64,000 nucleotides of DNA. It comes from the human T2T-CHM13v2.0 reference genome, Homo sapiens. A program made the translations under genes and the position numbers. The notes below the pieces were generated by a model. That model was not told the origin of the DNA. It saw only the letters and a list, made by a program, of their open reading frames with translations, and did not search any database. Positions within the stretch are counted from its first letter, which is position 1; every line of letters starts with the position of its first letter. Shown in pieces: positions 41,182 to 60,513 of this stretch. Where the stretch lies: NCBI RefSeq assembly GCF_009914755.1, contig NC_060948.1; one strand, written 5' to 3'.

Positions 41182-43279
41182 AGATCCATACTTTTTAAAT
41201 GAAAAAAAATTTCAAAGGTACTCTGCTTGGTACAATAATCAAATGTATAAACTGAGGAATAAAACATAACCATGAAACCTACTTATAACTGCATATGGAA
41301 AATACAGAGGATAATTTTTTAAATAACATATTTTGAAAGCCTTAACTAGTAATTTGAAGAGTTGGCATTTGAAAGGCCAGTATGAATATACCTTCAAAGC
41401 AGCAACACAGGTTCCCCATGAGAAAAAGCAAACTCAGGGAAAATAAAAACACAAAGGTTCAATCTCTTCTGACCTTTGAAAGACACAGCACAGACAGTGG
41501 TCCTTAGGACGAAGAGCAGGAGACCCCTAATTCCGTCACCATGGCGATAGGGCATAAACATTGCTGGGTGAGGGCACAATCCACATTGTGAGGTCCAACT
41601 GCTGCCAGGAAGACAGGAGTGCTTTTACATAGACCGAAAGGTCATTGAAGGCTCAGAGTTTTGTTTCAAGAACTGAATCCCAAGCCCACACGTTATTAGG
41701 CTGCGCTTCTTAAAACAAGTTATGAGATGGGAAAAAGGGCACCCACAAACATACGTATACATTATGTATATAATAATATACAGTATCATATATATAATAT
41801 ATATAACCTATGTATAATATTGTTTTACATCCTGCATCTTATGTTATATATATTGTATAAAATATAATAATTGATAATATATAAGTTTTATAATTATACA
41901 ATATGACATATAGTATATATTATAATTTATGACATATATAATATATGTTATATATCATATATAGAATATATTATACGGTTAATATACGTATTAAATATAA
42001 ATTATACATTATATATATTATATATAATATATCTGTTATATATAATACCCATTATGCATAATATATATATTATGTCTATGTTATATATAGTATAAAACAA
42101 CATATAATAATATATAATTGTATATATAAAATGCGACATATAATATATATTATATTTTATAACATATGTAATATATATTATATATAATACGTTGTATGTA
42201 TAATACCTATATTAAATATATATTATATGACTATGTTATTAATTACATGTCACATGTGTTATATATTATATATTTTACATAGAATATACCGGTTACATAC
42301 AATATATACTATGTTACCTATAATGTATAATTTATTACATGTAAAATAAAGAATGCAATATATTATGTAAAATTTATATCATACAATATGTGGAATGTGA
42401 TGTATATAACATATAATATATGATATATGATATACAGTATATGATATATAACATACAATATATGATTCCTAATATATATGGTATACAATATATATTTTAT
42501 GATATGTATTCTATATGTTTTATATTCTGTTATATATAACTATTTGAAATTATATATAACTGTATAATATTTTATGTAAATATGTAATATAATATATATA
42601 ACTATATAATATATTATATATAACTATATATTATGTTATATATACTTTTATAACATAATTTACATAAACTATCATAATATAATATATATTATATTATTTC
42701 ATATTACATAATATATATTACATATCGCCCAATATAACTAACATACATAATATTATAATATAGATTATATTGTGTAATATTAAATATCATATATATCATG
42801 TATCATATATTCTATAATATATATTACACATTATATAATATGTATGTTGTCTATTATGTGATATATATAACTATATATATAATTATATTTTTATACATAT
42901 AACTAGATAAACATGTAATTCTACATATTTTCATTTATAATATGTAGAATTATATAATCATATATAATTATTTATATTGTATAAAAAATTTTATCATTAT
43001 ATAAATTATAATATATAAAAATTATAATAGGTACTACAAATATATATATTATATATCATATATGATATAGTACCTTTGTTATATATCATAATACATATAA
43101 ATGTGTATTATGTTATCTATAATTATATAATTTCATATATAAGATGTATAATATGTATCATATATTATATATGTTATGTAATATATATAGTATATATAAG
43201 ATGACACAGGATAAATATTATATACTATGACATATAAAATATATGAGGTTATATGTTACATATAAGGCATAGCACATAA

Positions 43280-43594
<315 letters not shown>

Positions 43595-45721
43595 AGATCC
43601 ATATTTTTTAAATGAAAAAAAATTTCAAAGGTACTCTGCTTGGTACAATAATCAAATGTATAAACTGAGGAATAAAACATAACCATGAAACCTACTTATA
43701 ACTGCATATGGAAAATACAGAGGATAATTTTTTAAATAACATATTTTGAAAGCCTTAACTAGTAATTTGAAGAGTTGGCATTTGAAAGGCCAGTATGAAT
43801 ATACCTTCAAAGCAGCAACACAGGTTCCCCATGAGAAAAAGCAAACACAGGGAAAATAAAAACACAAAGGTTCAATCTCTTCTGACCTTTGAAAGACACA
43901 GCACAGACAGTGGTCCTTAGGACGAAGAGCAGGAGACCCCTAATTCCGTCACCATGGCGATAGGGCATAAACATTGCTGGGTGAGGGCACAATCCACATT
44001 GTGAGGTCCAACTGCTGCCAGGAAGACAGGAGTGCTTTTACATAGACCGAAAGGTCATTGAAGGCTCAGAGTTTTGTTTCAAGAACTGAATCCCAAGCCC
44101 ACACGTTATTAGGCTGCGCTTCTTAAAACAAGTTATGAGATGGGAAAAAGGGCACCCACAAACATACGTATACATTATGTATATAATAATATACAGTATC
44201 ATATATATAATATATATAACCTATGTATAATATTGTTTTACATCCTATATCTTATGTTATATATATTGTATAAAATATAATAATTGATAATATATAAGTT
44301 TTATAATTATACAATATGACATATAGTATATAATATAATTTATGACATATATAATATATGTTATATATCATATATAGAATATATTATACGGTTAATATAC
44401 GTATTAAATATAAATTATACATTATATATATTATATATAATATATCTGTTATATATAATACCCATTATGCATAATATATATATTATGTCTATATTATATA
44501 TAGTATAAAACAACATATAATAATATATAATTGTATATATAAAATGCGACATATAATATATATTATATTTTATAAGATATGTAATATATATTATATATTA
44601 TATATAATACGTTGTATGTATAATACCTATATTAAATATATATTATATGACTATGTTATTAATTACATGTCACATGTGTTATATATTATATATTTTACAT
44701 AGAATATACCGGTTACATACAATATATACTATGTTACCTATAATGTATAATTTATTACATGTGAAATAAAAATGCAATATATTATGTAAAATTTATAACA
44801 TACAATATGTGGAATGTGATATATATAACATATAATATATGATATATGATATACAGTATATGATATATAACATACAATATATGATTCCTAATATATATGG
44901 TATACAATATATATTTTATGATATGTATTCTATATGTTTTATATTCTGTTATATATAACTATTTGAAATTATATATAACTGTATAATATTTTATGTAAAT
45001 ATGTAATATAATATATATAACTATATAATATATTATATATAACTATATATTATGTTATATATACTTTTATAACATAATTTACATAAAATATCATAATATA
45101 ATATATATTATATTATTTCATATTACATAATATATATTACATATCACCCAATATAACTAACATACATAATATTATTATATAGATTATATTGTGTTATATT
45201 AAATATCATATATATCATGTATCATATATTCTATAATATATATTACACATTATATAATATGTATGTTGTCTATTATGTGATATATATAACTATATATATA
45301 ATTATATTTTTATACATATAACTAGATAAACATGTAATTCTACATATTTTCATTTATAATATGTAGAATTATATAATCATATATAATTATTTATATTCTA
45401 TAAAAAATTTTATCATTCTATAAATTATAATATATAAAAATTATAATATGTACTACAAATATATATATTATATATCATATATGATATAGTACCTTTGTTA
45501 TATATCATAATACATATAAATGTGTATTATGTTATCTATAATTATATAATTTCATATATAAGATGTATAATATGTATCATATATTATATATGTTATGTAA
45601 TATATATAGTATATATAAGATGACACAGGATAAATATTATATACTATGACATATAAAATAGATGAGGTCATATGTTACATATAAGGCATAGCACATAACA
45701 TGTAATATATATCATATATAA

Positions 45722-46013
45722 TTTTTTTTTAGACAGAATCTTGTCCTGTTGCACAGGGTGGGGTACAATGGCGCCATCTTTGCTCACTGCAACTTCTGCC
45801 TCACAGGTCCAAGCGATTGTCCTCCCTCAGCCTCCCAGGTAGCTGGGACTACACCACACTGGGACTACACCAGCTGCCACCATGCCTAGCTAATTTTTTG
45901 GATTTTTAGTAGTGACAGCGTTTCACTGTATTGGCCAGGATGGTCTTGATCTCTTCACCTTGTGATCCCCTTGCCTTGGCCTCCAAATTTGCTGGGATTA
46001 CAGGCCTGAGCCA
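45722..46013 (-). mobile_element. Diverged Alu (monomer copy)
   Basis: Near-identical to 2247-2538. Confidence 0.92.
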
Positions 46014-48111
46014 AGATCCATACTTTTTAAATGAAAAAAAATTTCAAAGGTACTCTGCTTGGTACAATAATCAAATGTATAAACTGAGGAATAAAACATA
46101 ACCATGAAACCTACTTATAACTGCATATGGAAAATACAGAGGATAATTTTTTAAATAACATATTTTGAAAGCCTTAACTAGTAATTTGAAGAGTTGGCAT
46201 TTGAAAGGCCAGTATGAATATACCTTCAAAGCAGCAACACAGGTTCCCCATGAGAAAAAGCAAACTCAGGGAAAATAAAAACACAAAGGTTCAATCTCTT
46301 CTGACCTTTGAAAGACACAGCACAGACAGTGGTCCTTAGGACGAAGAGCAGGAGACCCCTAATTCCGTCACCATGGCGATAGAGCATAAACATTGCTGGG
46401 TGAGGGCACAATCCACATTGTGAGGTCCAACTGCTGCCAGGAAGACAGGAGTGCTTTTACATAGACCGAAAGGTCATTGAAGGCTCAGAGTTTTGTTTCA
46501 AGAACTGAATCCCAAGCCCACACGTTATTAGGCTGCGCTTCTTAAAACAAGTTATGAGATGGGAAAAAGGGCACCCACAAACATACGTATACATTATGTA
46601 TATAATAATATACAGTGTCATATATATAATATATATAACCTATGTATAATATTGTTTTACATCCTGCATCTTATGTTATATATATTGTATAAAATATAAT
46701 AATTGATAATATATAAGTTTTATAATTATACAATATGACATATAGTATATATTATAATTTATGACATATATAATATATGTTATATATCATATATAGAATA
46801 TATTATACGGTTAATATACGTATTAAATATAAATTATACATTATATATATTATATATAATATATCTGTTATATATAATACCCATTATGCATAATATATAT
46901 ATTATGTCTATGTTATATATAGTATAAAACAACATATAATAATATATAATTGTATATATAAAATGCGACATATAATATATATTATATTTTATAACATATG
47001 TAATATATATTATATATAATACGTTGTATGTATAATACCTATATTAAATATATATTATATGACTATGTTATTAATTACATGTCACATGTGTTATATATTA
47101 TATATTTTACATAGAATATACCGGTTACATACAATATATACTATGTTACCTATAATGTATAATTTATTACATGTAAAATAAAGAATGCAATATATTATGT
47201 AAAATTTATATCATACAATATGTGGAATGTGATGTATATAACATATAATATATGATATATGATATACAGTATATGATATATAACATACAATATATGATTC
47301 CTAATATATATGGTATACAATATATATTTTATGATATGTATTCTATATGTTTTATATTCTGTTATATATAACTATTTGAAATTATATATAACTGTATAAT
47401 ATTTTATGTAAATATGTAATATAATATATATAACTATATAATATATTATATATAACTATATATTATGTTATATATACTTTTATAACATAATTTACATAAA
47501 ATATCATAATATAATATATATTATATTATTTCATATTACATAATATATATTACATATCACCCAATATAACTAACATACATAATATTATAATATAGATTAT
47601 ATTGTGTAATATTAAATATCATATATATCATGTATCATATATTCTATAATATATATTACACATTATATAATATGTATGTTGTCTATTATGTGATATATAT
47701 AACTATATATATAATTATATTTTTATACATATAACTAGATAAACATGTAATCCTACATATTTTCATTTATAATATGTAGAATTATATAATCATATATAAT
47801 TATTTATATTGTATAAAAAATTTTATCATTATATAAATTATAATATATAAAAATTATAATAGGTACTACAAATATATATATTATATATCATATATGATAT
47901 AGTACCTTTGTTATATATCATAATACATATAAATGTGTATTATGTTATCTATAATTATATAATTTCATATATAAGATGTATAATATGTATCATATATTAT
48001 ATATGTTATGTAATATATATAGTATATATAAGATGACACAGGATAAATATTATATACTATGACATATAAAATATATGAGGTTATATGTTACATATAAGGC
48101 ATAGCACATAA

Positions 48112-48426
<315 letters not shown>

Positions 48427-50533
48427 AGATCCATATTTTTTAAATGAAAAAAAATTTCAAAGGTACTCTGCTTGGTACAATAATCAAATGTATAAACTGA
48501 GGAATAAAACATAACCATGAAACCTACTTATAACTGCATATGGAAAATACAGAGGATAATTTTTTAAATAACATATTTTGAAAGCCTTAACTAGTAATTT
48601 GAAGAGTTGGCATTTGAAAGGCCAGTATGAATATACCTTCAAAGCAGCAACACAGGTTCCCCATGAGAAAAAGCAAACACAGGGAAAATAAAAACACAAA
48701 GGTTCAATCTCTTCTGACCTTTGAAAGACACAGCACAGACAGTGGTCCTTAGGACGAAGAGCAGGAGACCCCTAATTCCGTCACCATGGCGATAGGGCAT
48801 AAACATTGCTGGGTGAGGGCACAATCCACATTGTGAGGTCCAACTGCTGCCAGGAAGACAGGAGTGCTTTTACATAGACCGAAAGGTCATTGAAGGCTCA
48901 GAGTTTTGTTTCAAGAACTGAATCCCAAGCCCACACGTTATTAGGCTGCGCTTCTTAAAACAAGTTATGAGATGGGAAAAAGGGCACCCACAAACATACG
49001 TATACATTATGTATATAATAATATACAGTGTCATATATATAATATATATAACCTATGTATAATATTGTTTTACATCCTGCATCTTATGTTATTTATATTG
49101 TATAAAATATAATAATTGATAATATATAAGTTTTATAATTATACAATATGACATATAGTATATATTATAATTTATGACATATATAATATATGTTATATAT
49201 CATATATCGAATATATTATACGGTTAATATACGTATTAAATATAAATTATACATTATATATATTATATATAATATATCTGTTATATATAATACCCATTAT
49301 GCATAATATATATATTATGTCTATGTTATATATAGTATAAAACAACATATAATAATATATAATTGTATATATAAAATGCGACATATAATATATATTATAT
49401 TTTATAATATATGTAATATATATTATATATTATATATAATACGTTGTATGTATAATACCTATATTAAATATATATTATATGACTATGTTATTAATTACAT
49501 GTCACATGTGATATATATTATATATTTTACATAGAATATACCGGTTACATACAATATATACTATGTTACCTATAATGTATAATTTATTACATGTAAAATA
49601 AAGAATGCAATATATTATGTAAAATTTATAACATACAATATGTGGAATGTGATATATATAACATATAATATATGATATATGATATACAGTATATGATATA
49701 TAACATACAATATATGATTCCTATTATATATGGTATACAATATATATTTTATGATATGTATTCTATATGTTTTATATTCTGTTATATATAACTATTTGAA
49801 ATTATATATAACTGTATAATATTTTATGTAAATATGTAATATAATATATATAACTATATAATATATTATATATAACTATATATTATGTTATATATACTTT
49901 TATAACATAATTTACATAAAATATCATAATATAATATATATTATATTATTTCATATTACATAATATATATTACATATCACCCAATATATCTAACATACAT
50001 AATATTATAATATAGATTATATTATGTTATATTAAATATCATATATATCATGTATCATATATTCTATAATATATATTACACATTATATAATATGTATGTT
50101 GTCTATTATGTGATATATATAACTATATATATAATTATATTTTTATACATATAACTAGATAAACATGTAATCCTACATATTTTCATTTATAATATGTAGA
50201 ATTATATAATCATATGTAATTATTTATATTCTATAAAAAATTTTATCATTATATAAATTATAATATATAAAAATTATAATATGTACTACAAATATATATA
50301 TATTATATATCATATATGATATAGTACCTTTGTTATATATCATAATACATATAAATGTGTATTATGTTATCTATAATTATATAATTTCATATATAAGATG
50401 TATAATATGTATCATATATTATATATGTTATGTAATATATATAGTATATATAAGATGACACAGGATAAATATTATATACTATGACATATAAAATATATGA
50501 GGTTATATGTTACATATAAGGCATAGCACATAA

Positions 50534-50848
<315 letters not shown>

Positions 50849-52955
50849 AGATCCATACTTTTTAAATGAAAAAAAATTTCAAAGGTACTCTGCTTGGTAC
50901 AATAATCAAATGTATAAACTGAGGAATAAAACATAACCATGAAACCTACTTATAACTGCATATGGAAAATACAGAGGATAATTTTTTAAATAACATATTT
51001 TGAAAGCCTTAACTAGTAATTTGAAGAGTTGGCAGTTGAAAGGCCAGTATGAATATACCTTCAAAGCAGCAACACAGGTTCCCCATGAGAAAAAGCAAAC
51101 TCAGGGAAAATAAAAACACAAAGGTTCAATCTCTTCTGACCTTTGAAAGACACAGCACAGACAGTGGTCCTTAGGACGAAGAGCAGGAGACCCCTAATTC
51201 CGTCACCATGGCGATAGGGCATAAACATTGCTGGGTGAGGGCACAATCCACATTGTGAGGTCCAACTGCTGCCAGGAAGACAGGAGTGCTTTTACATAGA
51301 CCGAAAGGTCATTGAAGGCTCAGAGTTTTGTTTCAAGAACTGAATCCCAAGCCCACACGTTATTAGGCTGCGCTTCTTAAAACAAGTTATGAGATGGGAA
51401 AAAGGGCACCCACAAACATACGTATACATTATGTATATAATAATATACAGTGTCATATATATAATATATATAACCTATGTATAATATTGTTTTACATCCT
51501 GCATCTTATGTTATATATATTGTATAAAATATAATTATTGATAATATATAAGTTTTATAATTATGCTATATGACATATAGTATATATTATAATTTATGAC
51601 ATATATAATATATGTTATATATCATATATAGAATATATTATACGGTTAATATACGTATTAAATATAAATTATACATTATATATATTATATATAATATATC
51701 TGTTATATATAATACCCATTATGCATAATATATATATTATGTCTATGTTATATATAGTATAAAACAACATATAATAATATATAATTGTATATATAAAATG
51801 CTACATATAATATATATTATATTTTATAACATATGTAATATATATTATATATTATATATAATACGTTGTATGTATAATACCTATATTAAATATATATTAT
51901 ATGACTATGTTATTAATTACATGTCACATGTGTTATATATTATATATTTTACATAGAATATACCGGTTACATACAATATATACTATGTTACCTATAATGT
52001 ATAATTTATTACATGTAAAATAAAGAATGCAATATATTATGTATAATTTATAATACACAATATGTGGAATGTGATATATATAACATATAATATATGATAT
52101 ATGATATACAGTATATGATATATAACATACAATATAAGATTCCTAATATATATGGTATACAATATATATTTTATGATATGTATTCTATATGTTTTATATT
52201 CTGTTATATATAACTATTTGAAATTATATATAACTGTATAATATTTTATGTAAATATGTAATATAATATATATAACTATATAATATATTATATATAACTA
52301 TATATTATGTTATATATACTTTTATAACATAATTTACATAAAATATCATAATATAATATATATTATATTATTTCATATTACATAATATATATTACATATC
52401 ACCCAATATAACTAACATACATAATATAATAATATAGATTATATTATGTTATATTAAATATCATATATATCATGTATCATATATTCTATAATATATATTA
52501 CACATTATATAATATGTATGTTGTCTATTATGTGATATATATAACTATATATATAATTATATTTTTATACATATAACTAGATAAACATGTAATTCTACAT
52601 ATTTTCATTTATAATATGTAGAATTATATAATCATATATAATTATTTATATTCTATAAAAAATTTTATCATTATATAAATTATAATATATAACAATTATA
52701 ATATGTACTACAAATATATATATATTATATATCATATATGATATAGTACCTTTGTTATATATCATAATACATATAAATATGTATTATGTTATCTATAATT
52801 ATATAATTTCATATATAAGATGTATAATATGTATCATATATTATATATGTTATGTAATATATATAGTATATATAAGATGACACAGGATAAATATTATATA
52901 CTATGACATATAAAATATATGAGGTTATATGTTACATATAAGGCATAGCACATAA

Positions 52956-53270
<315 letters not shown>

Positions 53271-55398
53271 AGATCCATACTTTTTAAATGAAAAAAAATT
53301 TCAAAGGTACTCTGCTTGGTACAATAATCAAATGTATAAACTGAGGAATAAAACATAACCATGAAACCTACTTATAACTGCATATGGAAAATACAGAGGA
53401 TAATTTTTTAAATAACATATTTTGAAAGCCTTAACTAGTAATTTGAAGAGTTGGCATTTGAAAGGCCAGTATGAATATACCTTCAAAGCAGCAACACAGG
53501 TTCCCCATGAGAAAAAGCAAACTCAGGGAAAATAAAAACACAAAGGTTCAATCTCTTCTGACCTTTGAAAGACACAGCACAGACAGTGGTCCTTAGGACG
53601 AAGAGCAGGAGACCCCTAATTCCGTCACCATGGCGATAGGGCATAAACATTGCTGGGTGAGGGCACAATCCACATTGTGAGGTCCAACTGCTGCCAGGAA
53701 GACAGGAGTGCTTTTACATAGACCGAAACGTCATTGAAGGCTCAGAGTTTTGTTTCAAGAACTGAATCCCAAGCCCACACGTTATTAGGCTGCGCTTCTT
53801 AAAACAAGTTATGAGATGGGAAAAAGGGCACCCACAAACATACGTATACATTATGTATATAATAATATACAGTGTCATATATATAATATATATAACCTAT
53901 GTATAATATAGTTTTACATCCTGCATCTTATGTTATATATATTGTATAAAATATAATTATTGATAATATATAAGTTTTATAATTATACTATATGACATAT
54001 AGTATATATTATAATTTATGACATATAGAATATATGTTATATATCATATATAGAATATATTATACGGTTAATATACGTATTAAATATAAATTATACATTA
54101 TATATATTATATATAATATATCTGTTATATATAATACCCATTATGCATAATATATATATTATGTCTATGTTATATATAGTATAAAACAACATATAATAAT
54201 ATATAATTGTATATATAAAATGCGACATATAATATATATTATATTTTATAACATATGTAATATATATTATATATTATATATAATACGTTGTATGTATAAT
54301 ACCTATATTAAATATATATTATATGACTATGTTATTAATTACATGTCACATGTGTTATATATTATATATTTTACATAGAATATACCGGTTACATACAATA
54401 TATACTATGTTACCTATAATGTATAATTTATTACATGTAAAATAAAGAATGCAATATATTATGTATAATTTATAATACACAATATGTGGAATGTGATATA
54501 TATAACATATAATATATGATATATGATATACAGTATATGATATATAACATACAATATAAGATTCCTAATATATATGGTATACAATATATATTTTATGATA
54601 TGTATTCTATATGTTTTATATTCTGTTATATATAACTATTTGAAATTATATATAACTGTATAATATTTTATGTAAATATGTAATATAATATATATAACTA
54701 TATAATATATTATATATAACTATATATTATGTTATATATACTTTTATAACATAATTTACATAAAATATCATAATATAATATATATTATATTATTTCATAT
54801 TACATAATATATATTACATATCACCCAATATAACTAACATACATAATATAATAATATAGATTATATTATGTTATATTAAATATCATATATATCATGTATC
54901 ATATATTCTATAATATATATTACACATTATATAATATGTATGTTGTCTATTATGTGATATATATAACTATATATATAATTATATTTTTATACATATAACT
55001 AGATAAACATGTAATTCTACATATTTTCATTTATAATATGTAGAATTATATAATCATATATAATTATTTATATTGTATAAAAAATTTTATTATTATATAA
55101 ATTATAATATATGAAAATTATAATATGTACTACAAATATATATATTATATATCATATATGATATAGTACCTTTGTTATATATCATAATACATATAAATGT
55201 GTATTATGTTATCTATAATTATATAATTTCATATATAAGATGTATAATATGTATCATATATTATATATGTTATGTAATATATATAGTATATATAAGATGA
55301 CACAGGATAAATATTATATACTATGACATATAAAATATATGAGGTTATATGTTACATATAAGGCATAGCACATAACATGTAATATATATCATATATAA

Positions 55399-55690
55399 TT
55401 TTTTTTTAGACAGAATCTTGTCCTGTTGCACAGGGTGGGGTACAATGGCGCCATCTTTGCTCACTGCAGCTTCTGCCTCACGGGTCCAAGCGATTGTCCT
55501 CCCTCAGCCTCCCAGGTAGCTGGGACTACACCACACTGGGACTACACCAGCTGCCACCATGCCTAGCTAATTTTTTGGATTTTTAGTAGTGACAGCGTTT
55601 CACTGTATTGGCCAGGATGGTCTTGATCTCTTCACCTTGTGATCCCCTTGCCTTGGCCTCCAAATTTGCTGGGATTACAGGCCTGAGCCA
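55399..55690 (-). mobile_element. Diverged Alu (monomer copy)
   Basis: Near-identical to 2247-2538. Confidence 0.92.
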
Positions 55691-57787
55691 AGATCCATAT
55701 TTTTTAAATGAAAAAAAATTTCAAAGGTACTCTGCTTGGTACAATAATCAAATGTATAAACTGAGGAATAAAACATACCATGAAACCTACTTATAACTGC
55801 ATATGGAAAATACAGAGGATAATTTTTTAAATAACATATTTTGAAAGCCTTAACTAGTAATTTGAAGAGTTGGCATTTGAAAGGCCAGTATGAATATACC
55901 TTCAAAGCAGCAACACAGGTTCCCCATGAGAAAAAGCAAACACAGGGAAAATAAAAACACAAAGGTTCAATCTCTTCTGACCTTTGAAAGACACAGCACA
56001 GACAGTGGTCCTTAGGACGAAGAGCAGGAGACCCCTAATTCCGTCACCATGGCGATAGGGCATAAACATTGCTGGGTGAGGGCACAATCCACATTGTGAG
56101 GTCCAACTGCTGCCAGGAAGACAGGAGTGCTTTTACATAGACCGAAAGGTCATTGAAGGCTCAGAGTTTTGTTTCAAGAACTGAATCCCAAGCCCACACG
56201 TTATTAGGCTGCGCTTCTTAAAACAAGTTATGAGATGGGAAAAAGGGCACCCACAAACATACGTATACATTATGTATATAATAATATACAGTATCATATA
56301 TATAATATATATAACCTATGTATAATATTGTTTTACATCCTGCATCTTATGTTATATATATTGTATAAAATATAATAATTGATAATATATAAGTTTTATA
56401 ATTATACAATATGACATATAGTATATATTATAATTTATGACATATATAATATATGTTATATATCATATATAGAATATATTATACGGTTAATATACGTATT
56501 AAATATAAATTATACATTATATATATTATATATAATATATCTGTTATATATAATACACATTATGTATAATATATATATTATGTCTATGTTATATATAGTA
56601 TAAAACAACATATAATAATATATAATTGTATATATAAAATGCGACATATAATATATATTATATTTTATAACATATGTAATATATATTATATATAATACGT
56701 TGTATGTATAATACCTATATTAAATATATATTATATGACTATGTTATTAATTATATGTCACATGTGTTATATATAATATATTTTACATAGAATATACCGG
56801 TTACATACAATATATACTATGTTACCTATAATGTATAATTTATTACATGTAAAATAAAGAATGCAATATATTATGTAAAATTTATAACATACAATATGTG
56901 GAATGTGATATATATAACATATAATATATGATATATGATATACAATATATGATATATAACATACAATATATGATTCCTAATATATATGGTATACAATATA
57001 TATTTTATGATATGTATTCTCTATGTTTTATATTCTGTTATATATAACTATTTGAAATTATATATAACTGTATAATATTTTATGTAAATATGTAATATAA
57101 TATATATAACTATATAATATATTATATATAACTATATATTATGTTATATATACTTTTATAACATAATTTACATAAAATATCATAATATAATATATATTAT
57201 ATTATTTCATATTACATAATATATATTACATATCACCCAATATAACTAACATACATAATATTATAATATAGATTATATTGTGTTATATTAAATATCATAT
57301 ATATCATGTATCATATATTCTATAATATATATTACACATTATATAATATGTATGTTGTCTATTATGTGATATATATAACTATATATATAATTATATTTTT
57401 ATACATATAACTAGATAAACATGTAATTCTACATATTTTCATTTATAATATGTAGAATTATATAATCATATATAATTATTTATATTCTATAAAAAATTTT
57501 ATCATTATATAAATTATAATGTATAAAAATTATCATATGTACTACAAATATATATATTGTATATCATATATGATATAGTATCTTTGTTATATATCATAAT
57601 ACATATAAATGTGTATTATGTTATCTATAATTATATAATTTCATATATAAGATGTATAATATGTATCATATATTATATATGTTATGTAATATATATAGTA
57701 TATATAAGATGACACAGGATAAATATTATATACTATGACATATAAAATATATGAGGTTATATGTTACATATAAGGCATAGCACATAA

Positions 57788-58102
<315 letters not shown>

Positions 58103-60198
58103 AGATCCATATTTTTTAAATGAAAAAAAATTTCAAAGGTACTCTGCTTGGTACAATAATCAAATGTATAAACTGAGGAATAAAACATAACCATGAAACC
58201 TACTTATAACTGCATATGGAAAATACAGAGGATAATTTTTTAAATAACATATTTTGAAAGACTTAACTAGTAATTTGAAGAGTTGGCATTTGAAAGGCCA
58301 GTATGAATATACCTTCAAAGCAGCAACACAGGTTCCCCATGAGAAAAAGCAAACACAGGGAAAATAAAAACACAAAGGTTCAATCTCTTCTGACCTTTGA
58401 AAGACACAGCACAGACAGTGGTCCTTAGGACGAAGAGCAGGAGACCCCTAATTCCGTCACCATGGCGATAGGGCATAAACATTGCTGGGTGAGGGCACAA
58501 TCCACATTGTGAGGTCCAACTGCTGCCAGGAAGACAGGAGTGCTTTTACATAGACCGAAAGGTCATTGAAGGCTCAGAGTTTTGTTTCAAGAACTGAATC
58601 CCAAGCCCACACGTTATTAGGCTGCGCTTCTTAAAACAAGTTATGAGATGGGAAAAAGGGCACCCACAAATATAAGTATACATTATGTATATAATAATAT
58701 ACAGTATCATATATATAATATATATAACCTATGTATAATATTGTTTTACATCCTGCATCTTATGTTATATATATTGTATAAAATATAATAATTGATAATA
58801 TATAAGTTTCATAATTATACAATATGACATATAGTATATATTATAATTTATGACATATATAATATATGTTATATATCATATATAGAATATATTATACGGT
58901 TAATATACGTATTAAATATAAATTATACATTATATATATTATATATAATATATCTGTTATATATAATACCCATTATGTATAATATATATATTATGTCTAT
59001 GTTATATATAGTATAAAACAACATATAATAATATATAATTGTATATATAAAATGCGACATATAATATATATTATATTTTATAACATATGTAATATATATT
59101 ATATATAATACGTTGTATGTATAATACCTATATTAAATATATATTATATGACTATGTTATTAATTACATGTCACATGTGTTATATATTATATATTTTACA
59201 TAGAATATACCGGTTACATACAATATATACTATGTTACCTATAATGTATAATTTATTACATGTAAAATAAAGAATGCAATATATTATGTATAATTTATAA
59301 TATACAATATGTGGAATGTGATATATATAACATATAATATATGATATATGATATACAGTATATGATATATAACATACAATATATGATTCCTAATATACAT
59401 GGTATACAATATATATTTTATGATATGTATTCTATATGTTTTATATTCTGTTATATATAACTATTTGAAATTATATATAACTGTATAATATTTTATGTAA
59501 ATATGTAATATAATATATATAACTATATAATATATTATATATAACTATATATTATGTTATATATACTTTTATAACATAATTTACATAAAATATCATAATA
59601 TAATATATATTATATTATTTCATATTACATAATATATATTACATATCACCCAATATAACTAACATACATAATATTATAATATAGATTACATTATGTTATA
59701 TTAAATATCATATATATCATGTATCATATATTCTATAATATATATTACACATTATATAATATGTATGTTGTCTATTATGTGATATATATAACTATATATA
59801 ATTATATTTTTATACATATAACTAAATAAACATGTAATTCTACATATTTTCATTTATAATATGTAGAATTATATAATCATATATAATTATTTATATTCTA
59901 TAAAAAATTTTATCATTATATAAATTATAATATATAAAAATTATAATATGTACTACAAATATATATATTATATATCATATATGATATAGTACCTTTGTTA
60001 TATATCATAATACATATAAATGTGTATTATGTTTTCTATAATTATATAATTTCATATATAAGATGTATAATATGTATCATATATTATATATGTTATGTAA
60101 TATATATAGTATATATAAGATGACACAGGATAAATATTATATACTATGACATATAAAATATATGAGGTTATATGTTACATATAAGGCATAGCACATAA

Positions 60199-60513
<315 letters not shown>

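Noticed and set aside
55608-55962. Unique 62-aa (+) and 95-aa (-) ORFs
   Set aside because: Created by a 1-bp deletion near 55777; partly translated antisense Alu.
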